Shown: positions 23,296 to 35,619, numbered from the whole stretch's first letter. The stretch is 63,646 bases of DNA, filler included, from Octopus bimaculoides (GCF_001194135.2; 4 parts of 4 records of this genome joined end to end with filler, not necessarily neighbours in it), one strand, 5' to 3'. The notes: a model not told the origin generated them from the sequence alone. Numbers and translations are program-made.

Positions 23296-23339
23296 TCTAG
23301 TTATCATTGGCCGTCAGTTCACCATTTACTTTGAAATAT

Positions 23340-23880
23340 TTTTGTTGTTGTTGGTAGTGTAGCTGTAATAGTTGCTGCTACGGTGGTGATGGTGGTGGTG
23401 GTGGTGGTGGTGGTGGCGGTGATGGTAGTGGTGGCTGTGGTGTTTGTTGTGGTGGTGGTCGCAGTGATGATGGCTTTGATGATTGTTGTGGTGGTAGTGC
23501 TGTTGTTGTTAGTGGTGCCGGTTATGGCGGTGAGGGTGTTGTGGTGGCAGTTATGAAGCTGGTATTGTTACTGTTGTTGTTGCTGTTGTGATGGTATTGG
23601 CGATGACGATGGTTGTGGTAGTAGTGTGTTACTGGTGGAGCTGATAGTAGTGGTAGTGCTATTGTGGTGGTGATGGTGGGAGAGGTGGTAGTGGTGGTGG
23701 TGGTGGTGAGGGTGATAGCTGTGGTGGTGATGGTCGTGGTAGTGGCGGTAAGTGTGATGGTTGTAGCGGGTGTGGAGGGTGAGGTGGCAATGGTAATGGT
23801 ACTGGCAGTGGTTCTAGTGTTGTTGTTGTTGTTGTTGCTGGTGGTGGCATTGGCGATTGGCAGTGTTAATGAAATGAAAC
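23340..23880. repeat. Degenerate (GGT/GTT/GAT)n low-complexity tract
   Basis: Direct inspection. Confidence 0.9.
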
Positions 23881-24649
23881 TAATGAAAACCAGAAAAGAA
23901 CTAGAGAGGAGAAAAAAGAAAAGAAAGACAGAGAGAGAGAGAGAGAGGATTGAAGGGAGAGAAGGAGAGATAGAGATGCTGTGAATGAGATNNNNNNNNN
24001 NNNNNNNNNNNNNNNNNNNNNNNNNNNNNNNNNNNNNNNNNNNNNNNNNNNNNNNNNNNNNNNNNNNNNNNNNNNNNNNNNNNNNNNNNNNNNNNNNNNN
24101 NNNNNNNNNNNNNNNNNNNNNNNNNNNNNNNNNNNNNNNNNNNNNNNNNNNNNNNNNNNNNNNNNNNNNNNNNNNNNNNNNNNNNNNNNNNNNNNNNNNN
24201 NNNNNNNNNNNNNNNNNNNNNNNNNNNNNNNNNNNNNNNNNNNNNNNNNNNNNNNNNNNNNNNNNNNNNNNNNNNNNNNNNNNNNNNNNNNNNNNNNNNN
24301 NNNNNNNNNNNNNNNNNNNNNNNNNNNNNNNNNNNNNNNNNNNNNNNNNNNNNNNNNNNNNNNNNNNNNNNNNNNNNNNNNNNNNNNNNNNNNNNNNNNN
24401 NNNNNNNNNNNNNNNNNNNNNNNNNNNNNNNNNNNNNNNNNNNNNNNNNNNNNNNNNNNNNNNNNNNNNNNNNNNNNNNNNNNNNNNNNNNNNNNNNNNN
24501 NNNNNNNNNNNNNNNNNNNNNNNNNNNNNNNNNATAATGAAATTTTTCAAGTGATGGCTTTGGAAAAAGAACGAGAGCGAGAGAGAGAGAGAGAGAGTGA
24601 GAGAGCGAGAGAGGGACGGTCAGAGATGGGGGAGGGAGAGCCATGATGG

Positions 24650-25200
24650 AGAGGCGAAGACAATGCCGAAGCAAAAGTGAAAAACAAAAGCACAATGGCG
24701 AAATTTTAAGTAGTTTGACAGACCGGAAGGCGCGATTCAGCGGCATGCGACTTCCTGGCTATTCAATCAATATGGCAGAGTTTAGTGGGTGAGTAAGTGA
24801 GTGAAATAAAGAAGGGAAAGAGAAGGAAAGAAGTAAGGAAGTAAGGAAAGCAAGAGTGACTGGGCTTTTACTAAAAGTGAATACTGGAGTGACGGACGGG
24901 TAAGGAAGGCGATCAGTCGTTTGACCGGCGTATTTGCATACGTCATTTCTTGCTTGTTTTTATAAGCCATTTGTTCGCTGGCAACGCTTCGCTAACGGCT
25001 TGAATAGGTAACACGAAAAGTACATTAGTAAAAAGAGCAGAGAAACTACATTGAGAAGAACATGGCCGCCGAAGTTATTGACATGTATTGAAATGTAACT
25101 AACATCTTACTTCACGTGGTAACACGTGCTAATTGCCTAACTGATTACGTTTCTTTTCGACCAATCACGCCGCTTCATTGCTTTAATTGACTTGATCGCA
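24650..25200. promoter_or_regulatory. CpG-rich promoter-like island
   Basis: CCGGAAG and ACTTCCTGG (ETS-like), ATTTGCAT (octamer), TACGTCA, AACATGGCCGCC (YY1-like), two CACGTG, CCAATCA, in a CpG-poor background with no TE similarity. Confidence 0.5.
24772..24788 (+). CDS. Candidate first coding mini-exon MAEFSG
   Basis: CAAT-ATG-G context followed 17 nt later by GG|GTGAGT donor, inside the promoter-like island; no downstream partner exon identified. Confidence 0.25.
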
Positions 25201-25259
25201 TTTCATTCAAGGTTTTTTAACTAACCTCATGCATTTTGTTTGTTGCGATTATTATTCTT

Positions 25260-25684
25260 ATTGTTGTTGTAGTTGATGTTGTTGTTGGTTGGTAGGGATA
25301 GTTGTGTGGATGGCGGTGGGGGTGATGGCGGCGGTGGCGGTGGTGGTGGTGGTGGTGATGTAATGTTTGTTTGCTGTTGTTGTTGCTGCTGTTATTACAG
25401 TTTGCTGTTGTTGTTGCTGCTGTTATTACAGTTTGCTGTTGTGCCTAGTGGTTGTGCTGATCCAATGTTTGCTGCTTCTGTTGTTGTTGTTGTTGTAGCT
25501 AGCGTTGGTGCTGATGCAATCTTCGTTTATTGTTGTTTGTTATTGTAATTGCTATTTTTTGCTGTTTATTATTGAAATTGTTTTGGTGCAGCTTGGTGTT
25601 GTTGTTGTTGCTGTTGCCTTGTTGTGGCTATTGATGGGGCTTACGTAATGTTTATTTATTTGTTTCTGTTTATTCGTTATATTG

Positions 25685-25717
<33 letters not shown>

Positions 25718-25720
25718 TTA
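25260..25720. repeat. Degenerate (GTT/GGT/GCT)n tract
   Basis: Direct inspection. Confidence 0.9.
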
Positions 25721-25989
25721 GCGCTGTTATATTTTCTCTTCGATAAAAAAGAAAAAAAAAAGTAACGAAATCATATTAAGAAGACCGAATCCAACAGAAA
25801 AAGATTATTGGTCGTTGCAGCACGTGCTGCCTGAAGAGACATTAAAGCGGAAGACACACCACACACGCACGCACTCACTAACAGACACATACGCATATAA
25901 ACACGCATAAGACAGACAATTATTGGGAGTGGTGGTCATATATTAGTGATAACATTAACTTGTCTGTCAAATATGATATTCTTTGTACC

Positions 25990-26880
25990 AATGTGTGCGT
26001 GTGTGTGTGTGTGTGTGTGCATAAATGTGCTTGTGAGTGCCCGTGTTTATATATGTGTGTATATGTGTTTGTGTGTGCAGAAGTGTGTGCGTGTGAGTGT
26101 GTTTGTGTGTACATAAGTGTAATATTTGTGTGTGTGTAATGACTCTATGTGTGTGCGTGTGCATGTATGCCTAAGTGTATCTGCGTGTCGTGTGTGCATG
26201 TATGTAAGTTTGTGTATGTGTGCGTGAGTAAGTGTAAATACATGTGTATACAAGTGGGTGTATATATGTCTAGATGTGTGTATATATCTATGTGTGTCTT
26301 TATACGTAAATGTATACGCAAGAGTATATGTACCCTGACAGTGTTTGTCTGTGTGTGTGTGTGTAATATGTGTGTAATGTGTGTATGTGTGTCTGGATGT
26401 ATGTGAGTGTGTGTGTGTAATATGTGTGTGTGCGTGTGTGTAATATGTGTGTATGTAATGTATGTGTGTCTGGATGTATGTGAGAATATATGTACCCTGG
26501 CAGTGTATGTTTGTGTGTGTGTATTATGTGTGTGTGTGTGTGTGTGTGTGTATTATGTGTGTGTGTGTGTGTGTGTGTGTGNNNNNNNNNNNNNNNNNNN
26601 NNNNNNNNNNNNNNNNNNNNNNNNNNNNNNNNNNNNNNNNNNNNNNNNNNNNNNNNNNNNNNNNNNNNNNNNNNNNNNNNNNNNNNNNNNNNNNNNNNNN
26701 NNNNNNNNNNNNNNNNNNNNNNNNNNNNNNNNNNNNNNNNNNNNNNNNNNNNNNNNNNNNNNNNNNNNNNNNNNNNNNNNNNNNGTGGTGGTGGTGGTGG
26801 TGGTGGTGGGGTGGTGTTTGGTTGGTTGGTTGGTTGGTTGGTTGGTTGGCTGGTTGGTTGGTTGGTTGGATGGTAAGTGA
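25990..26880. repeat. Compound (TG)n, (GGT)n and (GGTT)n microsatellites with gap
   Basis: Direct inspection. Confidence 0.9.
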
Positions 26881-27300
26881 AGTTGGATGAAGTTTTGAAA
26901 GCTTCTTTCATTTTAGTGCCAATTCCTGTCTGAATTATACGTCATCGATATCGTTGTTGAAGAGAGAGACCGCAACCGCCTCCATTACTACCACCACCAC
27001 CACCACCACCACCACTATCATTATGCATACACATAAACTCACAAACAAGCACATACAAACACACTCACACACGCGCGCGAATGGCGCCCCTACAGTTTTT
27101 GTCTAATAAATTCAACTTATAAGGAATTGGTTAAACTAAGGTTGCATTAGAATCGAAACCGAAACCCTGGTGTTGCGAAGCAAACATCTTAACTATAAGT
27201 CTAAGCGTGCATTTTTGCTTGTGTTTATCTGTGTATGTGTATGCATGTGTGTGTGTAAGTATATATGCATAAATAGGCGTATATATATGCATATACATAC

Positions 27301-27374
<74 letters not shown>

Positions 27375-28334
27375 ATGCGCAGGCGAGGCTGTATGTTAAA
27401 AAGCTTCCTTCTCAACACTTCCTTCTCAGCCTATGTATATGTATGGTATGTATATATACACAGTGAAACCGACCTACTCTACAACACCTGATACTGCACG
27501 ATACATTGGTAGATTTAACAATAAGAATTAAACAGTCAACCTTCTAATCATATAACTTCTAGAATCAACAATCTAAATGATTGCATAAATTCATGTTTTC
27601 TAATAATCAAGGTAATAACACCCATATTAATAGGACAGTAAACAACATCCTTAATGCATCCGATTGAGTAAACGATCTCTGCAATTTTAGAAATAGATAC
27701 TTGTGTCCATTTGATTTTGCTTTAGTAAGAATGTAGCATACAAACGTTCCGTACTTACACTTGAGAATGTCTATGTATGTATCAAGGCTACCACAAGTAA
27801 GTTTAAATGCAGATATTATAACCACACTTGCAGCTTTAAAGATAGAAATACAGCTAATTTTATATCATCTAATTTTCTATGAATACTTGCTGATTGAGTA
27901 TGAAATTGCTGGATCTATTATAGGCAAAGTATAACCGTATAGAGTAAGTAATGATATTCGTAATTTGCGTATATCTGAAACTTATGAAATAATTAGATGT
28001 AAGTCAAATCTGATTAACTAACGAGATGATTTAATAAAACAATGTCCACACATATACCGTATGCCCTTCCTACACAATACAAAAAATTAAGCGATTAGCT
28101 TTAACCTAAATTCTCTATTAATATTACTATTACTAGTCGACCCCTGTAGATCTGTCCACTCCTATAATCAGCATGTGTTCTATTTTTCTATGCTTCTGTG
28201 TTTCTTGTTTCTACTATGCTTAGTTCATCTAATCCCTGTCCTGACTGGGTTGATTTTCATTGAGAATTCACCATTACCACATAGTGATACTAATGATAAA
28301 TATTAGTGTATATCTTCAATCTATGAACTAATTA

Positions 28335-28692
28335 TCTATCAATTTTAAAATCCACCCGAGACTTGGCCCCTGTGCTACCCGCCCACTACAAAAGTTGAAC
28401 TCAAGACACATAACATTACGACACAACGACTTTACCTCAACCACTCCAGCTCTCTTTAATATTATACCAAAATACATCAAAACGGAAACAGATCCCATAA
28501 AATTCAAAAGTTCTCTGGACAAACTTCTCCAAAAAATACCGGACCCACCTACTACACCCGGTTATGCTTTCAACAATAATAACTCTTTGCTAGAGTAGGC
28601 CATGGTGTCCCATATATGACTAAAAGGCTTCACCAGGTGGTGCTATTAAGTTAGATATGGCCTGGGCCTCTACTGGCCGAAACCTATCTAAG
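28335..28692 (+). mobile_element. 5'-truncated CR1/Jockey-group LINE 3' end
   Basis: Frame 28341-28598: FKIHPRLGPC...TPALFNIIPKYIK...KFKSSLDKLLQKIPDPPTTPGY...NSLLE*, matching the recalled LFN.LP..I...FK..LD.FL..IPD.P..PGY...NSL ORF2 C-terminus; 3' UTR stem-loop GGCC-TCTACT-GGCC. Confidence 0.75.
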
Positions 28693-29009
28693 TTGTCATA
28701 AATTAGTTATTCGTTATCCATAAATGTACCGCTGGTCGTCCCTATATTATACTAATAATTAAACAATTACAGTGAATTTTAGTGTGCTAGGGATACCACC
28801 AATTAACTCTAAAATATAGTTCCGTAAGTTTATTTTTAGATTTATGTTTCCCGCATTTGTCTTATTTGATTATGTCTGACTCCTCACTTTTAGCTTATCG
28901 CTTCCATTTACTTAATGTATAATCTGAACTATCGTATAGTATATACTAAATCTTAAATCGATAGTGGACTAGTTTGATAGGGTATGAACCCTTGCATATA
29001 TATCTCTTT

Positions 29010-29280
29010 AGTGCCCACAGGGGGCTAAACACAGAGGGGACAAACAAGGACAGACAAAGGGATCAAGTCGATTACATTGACCCCCTCAGTGCGTAACTGG
29101 TACTTATTTAATCGGCCCCGAAAGAATGAAAGACAAAGTCGACCTCGGCGGAATTTAAACTCAGAACGTAACGGCAGACGAAATACCAGCTCGCCTTGTA
29201 TTCTACCAGCTCGCCTTGTATTCTACCAGCTCGCCTTGTATTCTACCAGCTCGCCTTGTATTCTACCAGCTCGCCTTGTA
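29010..29280 (-). mobile_element. Family A SINE (alternative tail) with tandemly amplified 5' junction
   Basis: Core as 9339-9562; TACCAGCTCGCCTTGTATTC x4.85 at 29184-29280. Confidence 0.85.
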
Positions 29281-29324
29281 TATATGTTTGTGCGTGAATA
29301 TCGTCTGTATTTGTATGCATATGA

Positions 29325-29370
<46 letters not shown>

Positions 29371-30157
29371 GTGAATAATGACAGATTGATTTGGTCTCTT
29401 AAACAAAATGGTGAACTTCTATTTTGATATGAATATTTTCTGTGAGCAAGTGATGAGTATGCGAGTGTATGTATGAGGAGCTAAATTCATGAATGTGTCC
29501 CAGAAAATTCCTATCTGGTGCTATGAGTGTGTATGTCAGTGCCATTATCAATAGTCTTAGAATATTTCTCTCATTCCATATCAGCGGTGCGTGAAATTCC
29601 AATTGCTATGCACCTAAGGACCTCTACTGAAACAAATAGATTATCTTTAATAAACCTGGCCTCCTATGTCGATCTTTAAACCCAGTTTATTTTTTCTTCA
29701 TTTTCCTTGTGCGTTTATTCTATTTCTTTATCTATCTTTTTTTGCTTTATATGGTTTATTTATCTAAATACACCGTGATCAGCCAGAGAATCTTTATGAT
29801 GAACTTATTCTTTCTTATTTTATCTGTTACTGTATTTATTTTATTTTATTCTTTTTCTGAATTATTATATATCTACTGACATCGCTTCATTTAAGCACTC
29901 CATATATAATAATTCTAGTATTTCTAAAGAGAGACGTCTCCCAAATACATCTATTGCCTGTGATTATATAATGAAGCGATTTGCTATTTATAGCAGAGTT
30001 TGGTGTTTTAACTTGCCATGAAATGTTCTGAAGTGTAGTACGTTCGTTATGTTATAGCACTGTTATATTTATGGGTGCTTGTGCATGTATGTGTATGAAC
30101 ATGTGTGTGATGGACGATGTATACATACATATATATAAATATATACAAATATATATA

Positions 30158-30197
<40 letters not shown>

Positions 30198-30200
30198 TGT

Positions 30201-30343
30201 GTACCACTCATTTTCATCGGCTGAATGGACTGAAGCAACGTGAAATAAAGTGTCTTACTCAAGGGCACAACGCGTCGCCGAGAACCGAACTCCCGACCTT
30301 ACGATCGTGAGCCGAACACCCAAGCCACTACGCCACGCGCCTT
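30201..30343 (-). mobile_element. Family C SINE head, CpG-rich
   Basis: Reverse complement GGCGCGTGGCGTAGTGGCTTGGGTG...GGGAGTTCGGTTCTC...GCCCTTGAGTAAGACACTTTATTTCACGTTGC. Confidence 0.75.
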
Positions 30344-30548
30344 CTCTAAAATGGAAAAATATCTGTATACACGCGGGTATGTATTACGTGTGTGTATGTA
30401 TGCAAACGTATGTGCTCTATGTATATGCATATGTGTGTATATCTGTTTGTGTATGTATTCATATGTATGTGATGTATGTATATACATATGAGTTGTTGTA
30501 TGTGTGTATACATATTCAATAGCAGAAGGTATGTTACAGAGCTCCAGT

Positions 30549-30587
30549 GTCGTGGGTCGTGGGTCGTGGGTCGTGGGTCGTGGGTCG
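30549..30587 (+). repeat. 7-bp tandem (GGGTCGT)n; five GGG runs
   Basis: GGG at 30554, 30561, 30568, 30575 and 30582. Confidence 0.9.
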
Positions 30588-30732
30588 GTGCCTTCATATT
30601 TTCCAGTCACTCTCCTTCCTCACCTCTCTCATTTTATTGTCGCATATTTTAGCACACCCCCCCCTCTCAGGATTCTCCCCGTTTTCTTCTGATACATTTT
30701 ACAAATTTAACTCCTTTTGACTAATCACGTGG

Positions 30733-30985
30733 AAGCGCGTGGCTTAGTGGTTAAGATGTCAGCACCATGATCGTAAGATTGTGGTTTCGATTCCTGGACC
30801 GGGCGACGCGTTGTGTTCTTGAGCAAAACACTTCATTTCACGTTGTTCCAGTCCACTCAGCTGGCAAAAATGAGTAAAGCTACGATGGACTGACGTCCCG
30901 TCCAGCTGGGGAACACATACACCATTGAAACCGGGAAACCGGGCCCATGAGCCTGGCTAGGCCTTAAAAAGGGCGCATTAATTTT
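30733..30985 (+). mobile_element. Family C SINE, body type 2 (Meta-like segment), young
   Basis: A/B boxes, TGTGTTCTTGAGCAAAACACTT core, then GATGGACTGACGTCCCGTCCAG...GAAACCGGG. Confidence 0.8.
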
Positions 30986-31013
30986 TTTTTACTAATCACA
31001 AAATATTATTAGC

Positions 31014-31084
<71 letters not shown>

Positions 31085-31093
31085 CAAAAATAG

Positions 31094-31140
31094 CTAAGGC
31101 GGTGAGCAGGCAGAATCGTTAGCACGCCGGACAAAATACT
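31094..31140 (+). mobile_element. Family A SINE 5' head only
   Basis: AAGGCGGTGAGCAGGCAGAATCGTTAGCACGCCGGACAAAAT. Confidence 0.75.
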
Positions 31141-31219
31141 CTGCCATTTCCACCACAAGAACACCAACCTTCTCTCAACCACCACTACCAACAACAACAA
31201 CAACACCAACGACACTACT

Positions 31220-31430
31220 ACCAAACTAACCAGAGCTGACCAGGGCTGACCAGGGCTGACCAGGGCTTAAATAACCTGTGTATCACTGGATCTCTTAAAG
31301 ACTGACCTGGGATTAAGGAACAACCCGTGTTTCGTAGGTTCTCTGGAAAGAGACTGACCTAGACTTAAGCAATAACTTCTGTGTCATAACCCTCCGTGAT
31401 AAAGACTGACCTAGGGTTGAACAACAGCAA
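31220..31430 (+). repeat. Family F terminal motif repeated (10-bp x3 and ~52-bp x3)
   Basis: GCTGACCAGG x3; (A/G)AGACTGACCT...AAC at about 31299, 31349 and 31401. Confidence 0.6.
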
Positions 31431-31634
31431 AATGATCGTAGCCACCTGAATCAATTAGTTCCAAGCTATTGATTCTGTGATTTAGCGTCAATTACTTGTT
31501 TCAATAATGTTCTACTAGTATTATCAAAACCTTGGATTTAGTTCACGCCAAAACGGGGATTATCTGCTTGTATCTGTAGTTCTTCCCTAATCTTCACTTT
31601 GATAGAAAACTAAATGTTTGAAATTAAACCTCTT

Positions 31635-31700
31635 TGTTCGCGCCTTGTTTGGCGATAGTTTGGTCACGTGTCAGTCAGCAGACGACGTCATTTTAATATT
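31635..31700. promoter_or_regulatory. Second promoter-like motif cluster
   Basis: TTCGCGCC and TTTGGCG (E2F-like), GTCACGTG (E-box), GACGTCA (CRE-like) within 60 bp; G-rich tracts follow and a CAGG|GTAAGG donor lies at 32534/32535. Confidence 0.4.
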
Positions 31701-32737
31701 AGCCGTGAGGACCGAGGGAGAGCGAGAGAGAGAGGGAGGGATATAATGGAAAGAAAAGGAGAGAAAGGAGAAGGGGAAAAGAGAAAGAGCGGGGAAAGGA
31801 GAGGAAATTGCTAGTCTCCTAGAGAAACATCGGCCTCTGTGACAACCATTTTAGAGAGCTTGGTCGATACCCGGACAATAATGGCACCAACAGCGGAGGA
31901 GGTGACTGTGACGAGGCGGGATGTGAAGGTACTGGTGTTACTGTTGTTGGGTGTTGGGTGATGGTAGTGTTGGTGGTGGTGGTGGTGGTGGTGGTGGTGG
32001 TGGTNNNNNNNNNNNNNNNNNNNNNNNNNNNNNNNNNNNNNNNNNNNNNNNNNNNNNNNNNNNNNNNNNNNNNNNNNNNNNNNNNNNNNNNNNNNNNNNN
32101 NNNNNNNNNNNNNNNNNNNNNNNNNNNNNNNNNNNNNNNNNNNNNNNNNNNNNNNNNNNNNNNNNNNNNNNNNNNNNNNNNNNNNNNNNNNNNNNNNNNN
32201 NNNNNNNNNNNNNNNNNNNNNNNNNNNNNNNNNNNNNNNNNNNNNNNNNNNNNNNNNNNNNNNNNNNNNNNNNNNNNNNNNNNNNNNNNNNNNNNNNNNN
32301 NNNNNNNNNNNNNNNNNNNNNNNNNNNNNNNNNNNNNNNNNNNNNNNNNNNNNNNNNNNNNNNNNNNNNNNNNNNNNNNNNNGTAGTGGTGGTGGTGGTA
32401 GTGGTGGTGGTGGTAGTGGTGGTGTTGGTGGTGGTGGTCGTCATTGTGGTCGTGGTGGCAGCGGTGGTGGTGGCAAGACATGTCGCAATATAGAGCTGAA
32501 TGAATATAGTTGAGTTAGTTAAATCACCCGCAGGGTAAGGTTTCATTTTTGTTTTTTTTTGTTTCAATTTTATTTTTCTTGCGCATGTGCATGGGTGTAT
32601 GTCTGTGCGTACGCGCGCGCACGCGTATGTGTATTTAATGGTTTAAACAGTAGCAATAGTTCGATGTGTTGTTGTTGCTGTTGTATGTAATGTCAATTGT
32701 GGAAAATGTCCAAGCTGATTAGACTCATGTGACACTC

Positions 32738-32772
<35 letters not shown>

Positions 32773-33088
32773 AGGACACACAAACGTCGAGTCTTAAGTA
32801 TTAAGTGGACTTGAAAAACAATGTATTTTATAAGCTGTACAAACAATGATAAATGATCTGCAGCAGAGTGAGAAAGAAAATTAACACCAAATAACAACTG
32901 TTGTTTTACTTTTGCGCTTTTCTTCCTTTCTTCTTTTTTTTTTTTTGCGAATCATGTCTTTTTTATTTTTTGTTTCTTCGTTGTGTCTTATTGTATTGTA
33001 TTTTTGTGCTTTTCACATTTTCAGTATTTTTCTATATGTTTGTATTTCCTTTGTTTTTCTGATTTCGGTTTTTATGATTTTCCATTCA

Positions 33089-33145
<57 letters not shown>

Positions 33146-33439
33146 CATTATCATGTGGTTTAATACTCAGCTTCCACACCATCACCACTACCACTACCAC
33201 CACCACCACCACCACCACCCGTGTTTTACACGTTTTTACACGTTATCGAGTGAGTAGGAAACAAGTCGACAAACTTGCCCCGATTATAAAGCGACGTTGT
33301 TCTTAATCCGTGATTTTGAAATGTATATTGTAAATGTTATAAGTGTAAAGAATTAAAGAGCGTTCAGGAAAACTGGGGGGTGGAGTGGGTTGTTGCTGCT
33401 GATGGTGGGGGTGGTGGGAGATATTATCGACGGATTTTT

Positions 33440-33503
33440 AGGAGAGACGATATATATATATGTATATATATATATATAACACATATATCATATATAATGT
33501 GTT

Positions 33504-33543
<40 letters not shown>

Positions 33544-33609
33544 CATATATATAAATGCGTACATGTACAGAAAGGTGGATAAACGGACACATAGATGTAG
33601 ATATATAGC

Positions 33610-33654
<45 letters not shown>

Positions 33655-33690
33655 GTATATATACATATATATACATAAATATGTATATAG

Positions 33691-33731
<41 letters not shown>

Positions 33732-33775
33732 AGTATATAATATATGGTATAGAGACAAGATATCTATACTGAAAG

Positions 33776-33839
<64 letters not shown>

Positions 33840-34205
33840 GATTATATTCATATATAAGTTCATGTACATACACATGCATCCATGCATACAAACACACACA
33901 CATATAAACATACATACATACATACACATACACACGCATGCATACATACACACACACATACATACGTACACACATGCATACATACACACATACATACATA
34001 CATACATACACACATACACACACATACACACTCATGCATACACACACATACACATAATACATACATGCACACATACATACATACATACACATACATACAT
34101 ACACACACATACATACACACTGTTACATACATAAATAAATACATATATGCATACATACATACACACACATATACATACATACATACATACATACATACAA
34201 ACATA
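33440..34205. repeat. Compound (TA)n/(TG)n/(GA)n/(CATA)n microsatellite
   Basis: Direct inspection. Confidence 0.95.
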
Positions 34206-34792
34206 CCAGCTGCACAGTTTGTAAATTGTCTTCGTTAAATCTACGTCTCTTTTATTCACACAACCAATCAAGCCTCGATTTCGTGGAAACTCATCAATTC
34301 TTGGCTTTCATTCTTCCATTCTTCTTTCCTTCCTTTCCTTTCCTTCTTTCTTTCTATTTTTCTTTCATTCTTATTCTGTAATTGGAAACCATCAACTAGT
34401 CTGGAGGTAAACTCACCCAATTTATTATGCTTAATGTCTAGTGATTTCAGGGTAAGCAGCAACTGATTTTAATGTTTGACATGGGAATTTAACGCTCCAA
34501 ATCTTTGAATTTGCCAAAGAGATTTTCGGAATTAACTAGAGAAAATCACAAGATTACTAATTAACAATCACAATTTCCAGCCTCTTTGTTCTCACCAGGA
34601 ATGCTGTATGGGTTTATAGACGCAAACATGTGGTATAGAAGGTCGCTTTGCAAAGACGTGGTTTCGGGTTCAACCTCAGTGTACTGCACTTCCAGCAAGT
34701 GTCTTCTACTATGTCCCCCCACACCACCACCACCACTGGGTCGAATGAATTTGATAGATGGAAACTGTATAGAAGCCAAAGGTTTGTATATA

Positions 34793-35205
34793 GGCGCAGG
34801 AGTAGCTGTGTGGTAAGTGGTTCGCTTAGCAACCACATGGTTCCGGGTTCAGTCCCACTGCGTGGCACCTTAGGCAAGTGTCTTCTACTATAGCCTCGGG
34901 CTGACCAAAGCCTTGAGTGGATTTGGTAGACGGAAACTGAAAGAAGCTCGTCGTATATATGTATATATATATGTATGCGTGTGTGTATATGTTTGTGTCT
35001 GTGTTTGTCCCTCCAACATCACTTGACAATCGATAGTGGCATGTTTACGTCCCCGTAACTTAGCGGTTCGGCAAAAGAGAACCGATAGAATAAGTACGTA
35101 CTAGGCTTACAAAGAATAACCCCTGGGGTCGATTTGTTCGACTAAAGGCGGTGCTCCAGCATGGCCACAGTCAAATAACAGAAACAAGTAATAGAGTAAA
35201 AGAGT
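34793..35205 (+). mobile_element. Family B SINE, full length
   Basis: GGCGCAGGAGTAGCTGTGTGG A-box-like, GGGTTCAGTCCC B-box-like, CORE-like CCTTAGGCAAGTGTCTT, short internal (TA)/(TG), 3' GGTGCTCCAGCATGGCC...AAACAAGTAA. Confidence 0.9.
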
Positions 35206-35220
35206 ATTATGTATGTGTAT

Positions 35221-35264
<44 letters not shown>

Positions 35265-35371
35265 ATGTATGCGTATGTGTGTGTGTGCGTGTGTGTGTGT
35301 GTCTGTCTGTCTCTTTGTCTCTCGGTCTGTCCGTCTGTCTATAAGGTACATCCCGATAGACCTATTTCAAT

Positions 35372-35476
35372 GTTCTTTTTTACTCTAGGCACAAGGCCCG
35401 AAATTTGGGGGAGGGGACCAGACGTTTAAATCGACCCCAGTGCGCAACTGGTACGTAATTTATCGACTCCGAAAGG
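35372..35476 (-). mobile_element. Family A SINE 3' half
   Basis: TACTCTAGGCACAAGGCCCGAAATTT...ATCGACCCCAGTGCGCAACTGGTAC. Confidence 0.8.
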
Positions 35477-35619
35477 GGTAGATACTTCTAAGCATTAAAA
35501 TACTAAAAATTAAGAAATGAAATAGAAAACACAGCCACACCTGCGTAAGCTGTATATTCGTCCTTCTATTAAAAGACACATCATACAGAGAAACATTTGG
35601 GAAGACTCAAACGTATGTG

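Noticed and set aside
28650-28692. GGCC-TCTACT-GGCC-GAAAC as ribozyme
   Set aside because: No CTGANGA; better explained as the LINE 3' UTR stem-loop
29184-29280. 20-bp direct repeats as a possible CRISPR array
   Set aside because: Head-to-tail with no spacers, derived from a SINE junction, eukaryotic context
30733-30810. tRNA-like sequences with A and B boxes (many copies)
   Set aside because: They run into SINE cores and lack a complete cloverleaf and acceptor stem; SINE heads, not tRNA genes
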